This document shows, one piece after another, positions 29,906-39,552 of a stretch of DNA of 64,000 nucleotides. The DNA lies in assembly GCA_963664325.2 (NCBI GenBank), contig CAXXDQ010000007.1:768001-832000 (forward strand), in the 5' to 3' direction. Under the pieces are notes generated by a model. The model worked only from the letters and a program-made list of their open reading frames with translations, was not told the origin of the DNA and ran no database searches. Source of the DNA: Desulfomonilia bacterium. GTDB lineage: Bacteria > Desulfobacterota > Desulfomonilia > UBA1062. Both the position numbers and the translations under genes were made by a program. Each line of letters opens with the position of its first letter. Position 1 is the first letter of the stretch.

Positions 29906-31812
29906 CTGATAAAATCAAGCCCGAGCTTATCGAGTGTCTTTCTTGTCGGGACGCCGTTTTCATCCCATCCGCGAAGCCTGTAATACTTGGGCAGCATGTC
30001 ATCAACCCTCACAACCGATTCGGGCTTCTCGGAGATCTGCGGATCGCTTGTAAAACGTTTAGCCAGGGTATCGTCCTTCTTTGAAAACCCTTCACGGATA
30101 TTGAACATACGCTCCAGGTTATATCCCCGCGCCCCGACCTCCAAAAACTTGCCGAAGCTCATATCCATGCCTGTCGCCAGCTTGATCGCCTTCGTATGAG
30201 GCAGCATGGGCAGGTGTATCTTCATGAGTCCCGGGGGCAGCATCAGCGTTGCATCTATACTGGGCCAAGCATAAGTAAGTATCTTTGAAACGACCTTGGA
30301 GAGTGTCTTGTACCGGGGGACTTTGAATGCAATCGGAGGTACGAAGGTCCATGAAGTGAACAGACACTGGCCTCCTGAGCTGATCGCAGCCATCAGGTTC
30401 TGGTCCAGCACGACCCATCCGGGTTTTGACCTCCAGTGGTACTGGTCCAGGAGTACCGGGCCGGTTACCTCGAAATAAATCACGTATCCGCCGTCAAGGT
30501 GGCACCCGCCTCTGCTGGCCGTTGCATAGCCGAGCCCGTGTCCGACACTTCCACGGGGCTCGTAGGCAGCCATTTCCAGGCCTTTTGCATGGGGAGCAAA
30601 GTCCTTGCCGCCATACTTTTCACTGAGCCATTTAACACCTTCCGCAAGGTCATTACCGGCCCCGCGCCGGTATGCGATGTCATCAAGCACCTGTGAAATA
30701 TTGTCGGTCCTGCCAAATTCAACGCCGCTGTCCCACATGCCCTTTTCATTGAGCTCTGCCGCGAACCCCATGACAGTCCCGACACTTATGGAGTCAATTC
30801 CCAGCAGATCTAGCTCATAGTTCCAGCGGATGATTGCATCCATGTCATCGATAAGCATGTTCGAGCCGAGCAGGCACAGGATTTCATATTCGGGACCTTT
30901 CACTTCGTGGCCGTCAAGTTCGACAACCCTGCCGCACCTGATGGGGCAGGTCACGCAGCCGTAATTTTTAACAAGTTTCTCCTCTGCAAGCCTTTTCCCG
31001 CCGATCTTTTCGGCATGCTCATAAGTACCTTTCAAGAAATTTTTGGTAGGCAGGGCATTGCCCGCGGAAAGGGTCGTAAGGAAAGTGGCCGTTCCATACC
31101 TCGGAGCCATATCGCCGGTTGCTGGATGCGCCTGAAGCATGGCCACCCATTTCCTATACACCGCCTTCAGCTTTTCGGGTTCGGCGATCTCAAGCTTTTT
31201 TGTACCTTTTGCGACAAGCCCCTTGAGGTTTTTCGAACCCATCACCGCGCCCATTCCGCATCTGCCGTGGCTGCGTTCCTGCGATACCGCCGTTGCATAT
31301 TTCACCATGTTTTCACCCGCCGGGCCGATAACGACCTTTCCGCCCCCCTTACCCAGCAGCGCCTGCGCTTCCTGTGTGTTCTTTCCCCATAAGTGGGCGG
31401 CATCCTTTATTTCGACCTTCTCGTTATCTATATCGATATAGACGGGCTTTTCGGCTTTGCCTCTTATGATAATCGCATCCCAGCCCGCGCGCTTCATATG
31501 CAGTCCGAAGTGTCCTCCGGAATTGGAGTGCCCTATCGCCCCGGTAAGCGGGCTCTTGGCAGATATATCATACCTGCTCGACGATGGTGCTCCCGTTCCG
31601 GTGAGCGGGCCTGTCATTATGACAATGACGTTCTCTGGGGACAGGGGGTCAATTCCGGGCTTCAGTTCATCCCAGAGTATCTTCGTGGAGAGATACCTGC
31701 TCCCAAGGAAAAGTTCCCGGTCTTTATCGGATATGTCGTATTCACCGATTTTCCCTGATGTAAGATCAATGTCTAATGCCCTGCCTGTATATGCCTTGAA
31801 CCTGCTTGCCAT
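29902..31812 (-). CDS. aor: aldehyde:ferredoxin oxidoreductase family (W/Mo-bisPPT)
   Basis: KSPLTG, GRCGMGAVMGSKNLK, CVTCPIRC, GPEYE, LLGIDSIS, YY.LRGWDENGVP. Confidence 0.95.
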   Translation of the reverse strand: MASRFKAYTGRALDIDLTSGKIGEYDISDKDRELFLGSRYLSTKILWDELKPGIDPLSPENVIVIMTGPLTGTGAPSSSRYDISAKSPLTGAIGHSNSGGHFGLHMKRAGWDAIIIRGKAEKPVYIDIDNEKVEIKDAAHLWGKNTQEAQALLGKGGGKVVIGPAGENMVKYATAVSQERSHGRCGMGAVMGSKNLKGLVAKGTKKLEIAEPEKLKAVYRKWVAMLQAHPATGDMAPRYGTATFLTTLSAGNALPTKNFLKGTYEHAEKIGGKRLAEEKLVKNYGCVTCPIRCGRVVELDGHEVKGPEYEILCLLGSNMLIDDMDAIIRWNYELDLLGIDSISVGTVMGFAAELNEKGMWDSGVEFGRTDNISQVLDDIAYRRGAGNDLAEGVKWLSEKYGGKDFAPHAKGLEMAAYEPRGSVGHGLGYATASRGGCHLDGGYVIYFEVTGPVLLDQYHWRSKPGWVVLDQNLMAAISSGGQCLFTSWTFVPPIAFKVPRYKTLSKVVSKILTYAWPSIDATLMLPPGLMKIHLPMLPHTKAIKLATGMDMSFGKFLEVGARGYNLERMFNIREGFSKKDDTLAKRFTSDPQISEKPESVVRVDDMLPKYYRLRGWDENGVPTRKTLDKLGLDFIR

Positions 31813-31960
31813 GAACAACCTCCAGTCAAGTATAAACCGGGATTATAGGTTAATTTATAAACTCAGTAAAGAACAGTTATCAGAGCTGCATTCAGGATGA
31901 AATCCTGTACCTGGTCATTAAATCCGAGCCTCGCTTTTCGAGTCTAAATTCGCGCCGGCA

Positions 31961-33346
31961 CTACTTGTTTTTATCTCTTGCCAGCGACGCGAACACGCCT
32001 AGTATACAGAGCGCGGTATTAAGGATAAAGCACAGGCGTGCGGCATGGATAAAGCTTTTGTAATATGACGGCAATATTTCCACATGCCCTATTGCAACTG
32101 AAAATATCACCATCACGACAGCCATGCTTATGGTCTGGCCAGTAAGCCTCATGGTGGCGAGCATGCCTGAAGCAATGCCATAGGCGCTTCTGTCAACAGA
32201 ACCCATGACCGCATTTGTATTTGGAGAAGAGAATATCCCGAATCCGGTACCCAGTATCAAAAGCGATACAACGATATAAAACGTGCCTGATTCGGCAGTC
32301 AGGAAAATAAGACATGCAAGCCCCAGGGCGGTTATGGCCATGCCTGCCGAGGATAGAACTCTGGCATTTACCTTATCCGACAGCCTTCCTGAAAGAGGTG
32401 CTGCAACAGCCATCACGACAGGCGAAGAGACCAGGATCAGACCGGCCTCTTCTGGCGTCATTCCCTTTATGTACTGGAGGTAAAGGCTCAGGATGAATCC
32501 CGATGCGAAGGTGGCGGCATAGTTTATCAGTGCAGCAAGGTTCGAAAACAGGAAAAGCCTGTTCGAGGTGAAAAGCTTCAGGTCAATAAGAGGGTTGAGA
32601 GACTTCTTCTCCCACATTACAAAAGCCGCCAGCATGCAAAAACCAGCTGTGACCAGTAAATACCCCCTGCCGGGCAGGAGGGAAAAACCATATATCATTA
32701 AAAACAATCCCAGAGCATATGCCATGGAACCGGTATAATCCATACGGCAATTCTGAACGCATTTACCTTCGGCGGATGCCGTTTTCAGCGTCAGTAAAAA
32801 AGCGGCAGTCGAAAGCGGAATAACAGCAAGAAAAATCATCCTCCATGAATAGTGCTGCGTCAGCCAGCCACCGAAAAAAGGCCCTGCAGTCAGCCCTGTA
32901 TAAACTGTGGCAATAGAGTAGCCTATCATTTTACCGCGCACTTCGGGCCCGTATGCGGCCGAGAGCATCGCTATACCCGTACTGAAGATAAAGGCGCTTC
33001 CTATCCCCTGCAGCACACGGGCAATAATAAGCATGGCAATCGAGTATGAAAGTCCTGCGGCAAGAGTCGAGACTGTAAATACCGCCATGCCCGAAGCGAA
33101 AACCCTGGCCCTGCCGTAAATGTCTGAAATCCTGCCCATAGGCAGTAGGAAAACAGCTGTTGAAAGCAGGTATGAAGTGGCCACCCAGTTGAGAGTAACG
33201 GCATCCAGACTGAACCTCTTTGCAATGGCGGGAAGCGCGATGTTAACTGATGAGGACATGAACGGCGTAATGAACGATGACAGGAGCACGACAAATAAAA
33301 CCATACCCCTTCCTGCCAAGGCCTCTTCAATCTGGTGTCTGTCCAT
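31961..33346 (-). CDS. MFS transporter, DHA2 (14-TM) type
   Basis: VNIALPAI, GRISDIYGRAR, RVLQGIG, GPFFGG. Confidence 0.92.
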   Translation of the reverse strand: MDRHQIEEALAGRGMVLFVVLLSSFITPFMSSSVNIALPAIAKRFSLDAVTLNWVATSYLLSTAVFLLPMGRISDIYGRARVFASGMAVFTVSTLAAGLSYSIAMLIIARVLQGIGSAFIFSTGIAMLSAAYGPEVRGKMIGYSIATVYTGLTAGPFFGGWLTQHYSWRMIFLAVIPLSTAAFLLTLKTASAEGKCVQNCRMDYTGSMAYALGLFLMIYGFSLLPGRGYLLVTAGFCMLAAFVMWEKKSLNPLIDLKLFTSNRLFLFSNLAALINYAATFASGFILSLYLQYIKGMTPEEAGLILVSSPVVMAVAAPLSGRLSDKVNARVLSSAGMAITALGLACLIFLTAESGTFYIVVSLLILGTGFGIFSSPNTNAVMGSVDRSAYGIASGMLATMRLTGQTISMAVVMVIFSVAIGHVEILPSYYKSFIHAARLCFILNTALCILGVFASLARDKNK

Positions 33347-33517
33347 AATCATCTTATGTGTCCGGAATTGCCCATTATCAAGTAAACACGGTTTTTGCCA
33401 TAAAAACAAACAGCTCGATGTTGAATCAAATTGACATTTACCTTTCTAGGATGGATTATAATCATTATTTGAACTGGGTTCCCATAAAATCAAAAATCAT
33501 ATTGCGGGACGGTTACT

Positions 33518-34447
33518 ATGGTTGAAAAAACAAAATATATTTCAATAATGTCAGTTATTCTCCTCATCTTGACTGCGTCACCTTTGTGCATGGCGGGAGA
33601 GGTGATAACAGATGCGGCAAGGCAATGGGCCAAAGAAGCCGTCAACAAGGAAAAGTCCCTTTCATCCGAGACTGCAGGAAATACCGTGGCCGTACTCAAC
33701 TTCAAGAACTCCTCCGATGACGCAATACTGAATCCTTTGCAGAAGGGTTTTGCCTTCATGCTGATGACGGACCTGGCGTCTGTGCCCGACATACAACTGG
33801 TTGAAAGGGTGAAGCTTCAGGCCCTGGTCGAAGAGCTCGACATGGGAGCGTCAGGCATCGTCGAAAGCGATTCCGCCCCAAGGATGGGCAGGCTGTTGAG
33901 GGCTAATTACCTCATAGGCGGTGAACTGAAGCCGTCAGGCGCCGGGGGTATAGACGTGGGTTCATTCCTCCTGGGCGTGTCAAAGAACAGCATATTGGGC
34001 CAGCCGAATGCGAACGGCAGCTTGGATGAGATATTCGACCTGGAGAAAAAAATTCTTTTTGCCATGATCGACCAGCTGAAAATCAGTCTTACCGAAGATC
34101 AGAAGACTGCTTTGAAAAAGCCCCTTACAACGAATTTCAAAGCCTTATACTACTTTTCAAAAGGCATTGACAGCAGCGACCGGGGAAATTACCAGCTGGC
34201 CCAGATCTATTATAACCAGGCTGTTGCTGCAGATCCTCAATTAAAAGCGGCATCTTCGGCAAGGAATGAACTTATCAGGATGAAGCTTGCGCCGGCAAAG
34301 CCCCGAGAAGCAGCCGTCGTAGGACAGATGGAAGCCCAGAACTCAGGCTCGGCGAGCCTGAAACAGAACAACTCCACATTCAGGGAGCTGAATCCGTACC
34401 AGATTGAAAAAGGTCACGGCTCAGGACAGGTGAAGGTGTCATGGTAG
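33518..34447 (+). CDS. exported CsgG/HfaB-like protein with TPR
   Basis: Signal peptide; TVAVLNF...LVERVKLQALVEEL..GASG...GRLLRANYLIGG; TPR ALYYFSKG..A..YNQAVAADP. Confidence 0.75.
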   Translation: MVEKTKYISIMSVILLILTASPLCMAGEVITDAARQWAKEAVNKEKSLSSETAGNTVAVLNFKNSSDDAILNPLQKGFAFMLMTDLASVPDIQLVERVKLQALVEELDMGASGIVESDSAPRMGRLLRANYLIGGELKPSGAGGIDVGSFLLGVSKNSILGQPNANGSLDEIFDLEKKILFAMIDQLKISLTEDQKTALKKPLTTNFKALYYFSKGIDSSDRGNYQLAQIYYNQAVAADPQLKAASSARNELIRMKLAPAKPREAAVVGQMEAQNSGSASLKQNNSTFRELNPYQIEKGHGSGQVKVSW

Positions 34448-34470
34448 GCAATCTGAAAGGAGGTTATTTT

Positions 34471-35841
34471 ATGGCGCACTATTGCAGAATTGCCATGCTG
34501 ATGCTTATCGTTCCGATATTCTTCTTCTGCTCATGCAGCAGCTCTTCCAAAGGCGATACCCGAAATGACGCCACAGGCTCAGTCAGTTTTTCAATTGATG
34601 TCGAAGAGAGCAGCCCGGCGGCCGGATCAATAAATATGGCTGCCGTTGATTGCAGCAGGATGAGAATCGATACGGTTGTAGCGGAACTGAGAGACAACCG
34701 GAACAACCTTATAGCGACTGGCGGGCCTTGGGCTTGCAGTACAAGACAGGGAACCTTGAGCGCCATTCCTGCCGGCGAGGGATATACTCTGATAATCATG
34801 ATGAATGATTCAGACAATGACGTCCGTTATCAGGGATTCGTGTACGGCATTATAGTTCCCGCAGCCGGGACTGCCGACGCAGGCACAGTTACAGTGATTC
34901 CGAAGAACAACCCTCCCTTGATAACAGAGATCAGAGGGAATAACCGTGTTACAGGCGGATCGGGGACAATGCAGCTTGAAGTCATAGCAAACGACCCTGA
35001 CGGCAACAACCTGACATATTACATGACCGACCTCCCCAAAAGCCAGGAGACCGGTTACTTTTCCGGCGCCTCATTCGATCCTGATACGCATGTATTCACA
35101 TGGAACACCTCGGATTATTATTATGAAACCGGAGAATATTTCGTCTGGTTCATCGTAACGGATGACGGTGTGCCCAGAAGAAGCGCATGGAAAAGGTGCA
35201 AGATATTTGTCGACCCTGTCGGCTCGGCAACCCCTGACACGCAGCTTGTCTTAAATACCGACAGCGATACAAACGAGGCGGCCGGAAGAAAGTACGCCAC
35301 TGCTGGTGAACAGTTCAGCATGCAGCTGAAAGACACTTCCTCAACTTTGCATTCAGGGCTCAAGTTCTCTATGGAGCCTCTGATAGGTGTTCTGAATGAA
35401 ACATCGGGACTCTTTACATGGACGCCAGGCACAAGCGATATCGGGAACCAGCTGCTGATTTTCTATATTGAAGGCGGAGTTGCATCCGCATACAGAAGTG
35501 ACTGGAAAAAAATCCTTGTGACTGTCGGAACGGGCAATGTCTGCCCCCTTGCAGAACCTATCGGAATCAGAAGGGTGATGGAGATAAATCAGTCATATGA
35601 ATTCTATGTCACCGCTGAAGACCCGGACAGCGAAAACCTGACATTTTACGCTGCCGGCGGATACGACAAATATTACAACCCCTTCGAATATGGCGCGCAA
35701 TTTGATGCGGATACGCATAAATTCTCCTGGACACCGCCTGCTTCGGCACTAGAGTACGGCACCTTCGGTGTCTTGTTTACTGTTACGGACAGCTCAGGGG
35801 CGAGTGACTTCTGGCCGACCTATATCGATGTGATAGAGTGA
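34471..35841 (+). CDS. surface lipoprotein with N-terminal beta-sandwich and about 3 cadherin/He_PIG Ig-like repeats
   Basis: AGGAGG RBS, FFCSC lipobox, repeats NNPP..A.DPDG..LTY...GASFD..T..FTW..VTDDG. Confidence 0.75.
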   Translation: MAHYCRIAMLMLIVPIFFFCSCSSSSKGDTRNDATGSVSFSIDVEESSPAAGSINMAAVDCSRMRIDTVVAELRDNRNNLIATGGPWACSTRQGTLSAIPAGEGYTLIIMMNDSDNDVRYQGFVYGIIVPAAGTADAGTVTVIPKNNPPLITEIRGNNRVTGGSGTMQLEVIANDPDGNNLTYYMTDLPKSQETGYFSGASFDPDTHVFTWNTSDYYYETGEYFVWFIVTDDGVPRRSAWKRCKIFVDPVGSATPDTQLVLNTDSDTNEAAGRKYATAGEQFSMQLKDTSSTLHSGLKFSMEPLIGVLNETSGLFTWTPGTSDIGNQLLIFYIEGGVASAYRSDWKKILVTVGTGNVCPLAEPIGIRRVMEINQSYEFYVTAEDPDSENLTFYAAGGYDKYYNPFEYGAQFDADTHKFSWTPPASALEYGTFGVLFTVTDSSGASDFWPTYIDVIE

Positions 35842-35842
35842 G

Positions 35843-36979
35843 ATGAGAATGAAGATAAAAATTATAATCTTAACGTTGATTCTGACTGGTCTTGCTTCGG
35901 CAGTGCTCCCTCTATATGCTTCTGAAACCGGCTTCAATAGCGGCCTGATGTTCAATACATGGAAAGACGACGATTCGGACAAAGGCTTCCAGACCGCAAT
36001 GCCCATTGAACTGTCCACCGACTTTCATGGTGTCAACCTTGATCTCCTGAATGCCTTCGTCTATACATGGGTGAATCAGAAAGATACGCCGAACGCCAAC
36101 CTCGGCAATTTCCTTGATACCAAAATTAATGCCTCCTACCAGCTTCAGGACGTTATTCCGGTCAATATTCTTTTCGGGCTCGGACTCAATCTTCCTACGG
36201 GAACAACCGACCTGTCTCAAAGACAGCTGATACTTGTTGCGGACCCGGACCTTATGCCGTTCACGACATTCGGGGAAGGCTTTAATGTCAATCCGTATAT
36301 CACCCTGTCAAAACAATGGGAAAAGCTCGTTGTCGGTATAGGCGCAGGTTATTCATACCGGGGGAAATATGACTATTCAGTCTCAACCCAGGATTTCAAG
36401 CCCGGTAACCTTTTAACCGCTTCAGCCGAGGCCTCCTACGATTTCACAGACAGCATCCATGCAGGCCTTTTCGGCGAATATGCAAACTACGGCACCGATA
36501 CCGTGGACGGTGACGACTATTACAAGGAAGGCGACCTGTTTGTAATAGGACTTGGAGCAGGGTATTCCCGGCCCTCATGGAAGCTGGACATCAATCTTGC
36601 AGGGCTCAAAAGGAATAAAAGCGAGTTTCTGACCAGCACACAGATACTTGAGCCTGAGGCGAAGAACAGCCACGGTATCGAGTATGATGCTGGTGTTGCA
36701 TACAAATACTTTCTGAACGAACTGACAGCATTCGGTGCTGATATCGATCTTGCCTATCTCGGCAAGAACGGCTACCCGAGCGATTCCCCTTACTATATCG
36801 GCAACCGCACCAAGGTTGCAATCGGCGGCGGAGTCGACAGGAAGTTCATGGATAACCTGAAGGGCAATGCGTCATTGAGCCTCTTCACGATCAAGGAAGA
36901 ACAGGACTGGGAGCATCCTGACGGTTCCAGGACATATTACGGCGGAACTTTAACCGCATCGATCAGCTACACGTTCTGA
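35843..36979 (+). CDS. outer membrane beta-barrel protein
   Basis: Signal peptide, alternating beta strands, GLNLPTG motif, C-terminal SISYTF (BAM-type signal). Confidence 0.8.
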   Translation: MRMKIKIIILTLILTGLASAVLPLYASETGFNSGLMFNTWKDDDSDKGFQTAMPIELSTDFHGVNLDLLNAFVYTWVNQKDTPNANLGNFLDTKINASYQLQDVIPVNILFGLGLNLPTGTTDLSQRQLILVADPDLMPFTTFGEGFNVNPYITLSKQWEKLVVGIGAGYSYRGKYDYSVSTQDFKPGNLLTASAEASYDFTDSIHAGLFGEYANYGTDTVDGDDYYKEGDLFVIGLGAGYSRPSWKLDINLAGLKRNKSEFLTSTQILEPEAKNSHGIEYDAGVAYKYFLNELTAFGADIDLAYLGKNGYPSDSPYYIGNRTKVAIGGGVDRKFMDNLKGNASLSLFTIKEEQDWEHPDGSRTYYGGTLTASISYTF

Positions 36980-36990
36980 GAAAGGTATAA

Positions 36991-37014
36991 GGCGGGAGAA
37001 CCTGATTGCCCGCC
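36991..37014. terminator. hairpin between convergent operons
   Basis: GGCGGG...CCCGCC stem directly after the beta-barrel stop. Confidence 0.4.
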
Positions 37015-37068
37015 TTCCTGAGATGTTTTCTACAATGAACGAATTCCATTATGGGCGGCTTTAATTCT

Positions 37069-37581
37069 TTACATCAGCCCATCGGCGGCTTCAGCTGCCG
37101 CTTTTACCCATGAATTTACATCCCCGGCCTTGACTGTCTTTTTGGCGGTTTTCAATACCCTGCCCGTCTCGACATCAACAAGCCTTAAATCAAGCCTCAT
37201 GCTGCCTCCTGATACAAGGTAACCGCCGAACACCATCCGCCTCGCGCCAAGCATTCTGCCGACCTTGAGCCGTACGGACTCATCCGTCAATTCCGAACTG
37301 CCCAGTTTTAATTCCTGAAGCACGCTGAGCAGTTTCTGCCTTTCAATGACCTGAACTCCCGGTTTTGTTGAAAGCCTGCTTACTATCTCAGATGAAAGAA
37401 GCCCTCCAAGATCGTCTCCGGACGAATCATCGGGGCTTAAGTTTTCGATGTCGAGAACAGCTATTGTTAACGGAACAGCCTGTTTTGCTGTCGTTGCGCA
37501 ACCGGGAAGGCCTGTTGTCAGCAGGCATGCAACCGACAACAGGCATACAGCCCATAAATTATTTATTTTTCCTGTCCGCAT
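37069..37581 (-). CDS. CsgG/HfaB-like lipoprotein
   Basis: LPGC lipobox; TIAVLDIEN...VIERQKL..VLQELKLGSS...GRMLGARRMVFGG..LRLVDVETG. Confidence 0.78.
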   Translation of the reverse strand: MRTGKINNLWAVCLLSVACLLTTGLPGCATTAKQAVPLTIAVLDIENLSPDDSSGDDLGGLLSSEIVSRLSTKPGVQVIERQKLLSVLQELKLGSSELTDESVRLKVGRMLGARRMVFGGYLVSGGSMRLDLRLVDVETGRVLKTAKKTVKAGDVNSWVKAAAEAADGLM

Positions 37582-39508
37582 CGATCGTCTCAATAATCTT
37601 GTCATCCGTGACAACCGGCCGTTCCTGCCTTGTTATCCTTGCATTTGAGAAATCGAGTTCCGTGCCGGTAACCTCTATTTGACCCACTATTTTAGGGGAG
37701 GCCTTAAGGATTTTACCCTTGTATTCAGTAGTGGGCTGCTCCTCAATGATATTGAATTTGGTGCCCGTAACCACACCCTGGTTTGAGCCTACGTTTATCG
37801 TCAGGTCGCCGTCCTTATTGGCGACAACAAAACCTTTTACAGGATATTCCTTGATTACGGCGGCCAGGAGTTCCCGGTTAAGGCTGTTTAAATTGTCCTT
37901 GAACCTCTCATCGGTGTCTATATCCTGATTAATGACCTTTGCAATTCCTGTGGTTTCGGTATCGACAAGCCTCATTCTGAGCAGCGATACATCGGGCAGG
38001 TTGAACACTATCCCGGTGCCGATAACACGTGCCGCCAGTATCTTGCCGAGCTTCAGCTGCGTTTCCTGATCAGCCAGCCCCGATGAACCAATTTTGAGCT
38101 CTTCAAGCAGCCTGTCCATGATAATGCGGTCCACGACCTTTACCCGGCCCGAACTGTTCAGCTTATCAGCCAGATCGGTTGCCAGTACCGTCGAGATGCC
38201 GTCTCTCTCTCCGAGCACACCCTTTTCCTCAAAATCCACGAAGGCCAGAGTTGTAATCGGTGTTGTCCATTCATCCTTAAGCGTTTTCTTGTCCGCCTTT
38301 TTCTGCTCCTTGAACTGCTTTACAAGGTCATCTACATACTTGTTTATACGCTCCCTGCGTTCCACATCCTTCTGGAGTTTGACCATTTCGGTTGCACTGG
38401 CCGCCAGAATCTTTGTATAGGCATCCCCTTTTATCGCCGCCTCCCCTTCTTTGTAGGATTCAATCGCTTTGTCCAGATCACCCTCTTTTTCATAGGTGAC
38501 ACCCTTGTTTGCCATGGCCTCGACATAATAGGGATCAAGTTCTACGGCCTTGTTATACAGTTCACGGGAACCCTTGTAATCTTTGGCCCCGGCATAGAGA
38601 CGTCCCAGCTTGTTATAGGCAAGAGCCTTCTGGAACGACTCCCCTTCCTTCTTCTGCGCTGCCTTTGCATATTCGGCCTGAGCCTCTGTCTTCTTGTTTT
38701 TTGCATAAAGGATATCAGCCTTGACCACGCTCGCATAAGATCTTTCCGGGGCAATTTTTTCAACTTCTTCAGCCAGTTTATAGGCCCCGCCGGAATTTCC
38801 CTTTCTAATATAAACAGCAGCCAGACCCTCTTTCCCATAAACAGCAGAGATGCCGTTTCTCTTTGAAAGACCTGTAAAAATCTTTTCCGCATCGTCGATT
38901 CTGCCCGCTTTCAGCGCTGCATAGCCTTTTGTCATGAGGGCTTTTGCGTCATCCGGTGTCTTTTTTATGGCCGCATCACTCAAGGCCACGGCCAGAAACG
39001 TCTGCCTCTGCTGAAGTTTTCTTTCCGCCAGCCTGTCCAGAATAGCGCTTGCTGTCTTGCCGCCTCCCTGAATGCTGTCAATGACCTTCTGGCCGGGACC
39101 GATCACACATACTGTCGGAAGTATGTTTTTTGCATCATAGGCCTCGCTGACCTTCGCATTATCGATAAGAACGGGAAACGAGAGCCTGCTGCTTTTCGCA
39201 AAGGCGGCCGCCTTGTCCTTATGCGATGCGGTTACGGCCAGGACATTAAGGTCAGCGTCCTTGTATTTTTTTGCAATCTCGTCAAGGCTAATGAGTCCCT
39301 CTACAGATGACTGGGATGAAGGATTGAAGAAATAGACAATGGTCATTGAACTTGCCTTCATGGCTGCCAGGTCATATTTTTTGCCTTGGACATCGGAAAG
39401 CGTGAATCCCGGGGCAATACTGCCTTCGATCTGCTTAGCCAGGATAGTGCCTGTTAACATGAACGCCAGGATCAGAACCAACCAAGTTATTCTTGTAATC
39501 GTTTTCAT
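37559..39508 (-). CDS. exported multidomain protein: AhpC/TSA-like + TPR array + CsgG-like + FlgT-C-like
   Basis: APGFTLSDVQG thioredoxin fold lacking CxxC; several TPRs; TLAFVDF...VVDRIIMDRLLEELKIGSSG; INVGSNQGV..G..F. Confidence 0.78.
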   Translation of the reverse strand: MKTITRITWLVLILAFMLTGTILAKQIEGSIAPGFTLSDVQGKKYDLAAMKASSMTIVYFFNPSSQSSVEGLISLDEIAKKYKDADLNVLAVTASHKDKAAAFAKSSRLSFPVLIDNAKVSEAYDAKNILPTVCVIGPGQKVIDSIQGGGKTASAILDRLAERKLQQRQTFLAVALSDAAIKKTPDDAKALMTKGYAALKAGRIDDAEKIFTGLSKRNGISAVYGKEGLAAVYIRKGNSGGAYKLAEEVEKIAPERSYASVVKADILYAKNKKTEAQAEYAKAAQKKEGESFQKALAYNKLGRLYAGAKDYKGSRELYNKAVELDPYYVEAMANKGVTYEKEGDLDKAIESYKEGEAAIKGDAYTKILAASATEMVKLQKDVERRERINKYVDDLVKQFKEQKKADKKTLKDEWTTPITTLAFVDFEEKGVLGERDGISTVLATDLADKLNSSGRVKVVDRIIMDRLLEELKIGSSGLADQETQLKLGKILAARVIGTGIVFNLPDVSLLRMRLVDTETTGIAKVINQDIDTDERFKDNLNSLNRELLAAVIKEYPVKGFVVANKDGDLTINVGSNQGVVTGTKFNIIEEQPTTEYKGKILKASPKIVGQIEVTGTELDFSNARITRQERPVVTDDKIIETIDADRKNK

Positions 39509-39552
39509 CTTTCTCCCTCCTGTAAGGGTGGATTGTGACATCAATTTCTTGC

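Noticed and set aside
33518-39508. Curli or holdfast biogenesis operon
   Set aside because: CsgG-like domains are present, but there are no curlin-repeat subunits, CsgE/F or hfaA/D.
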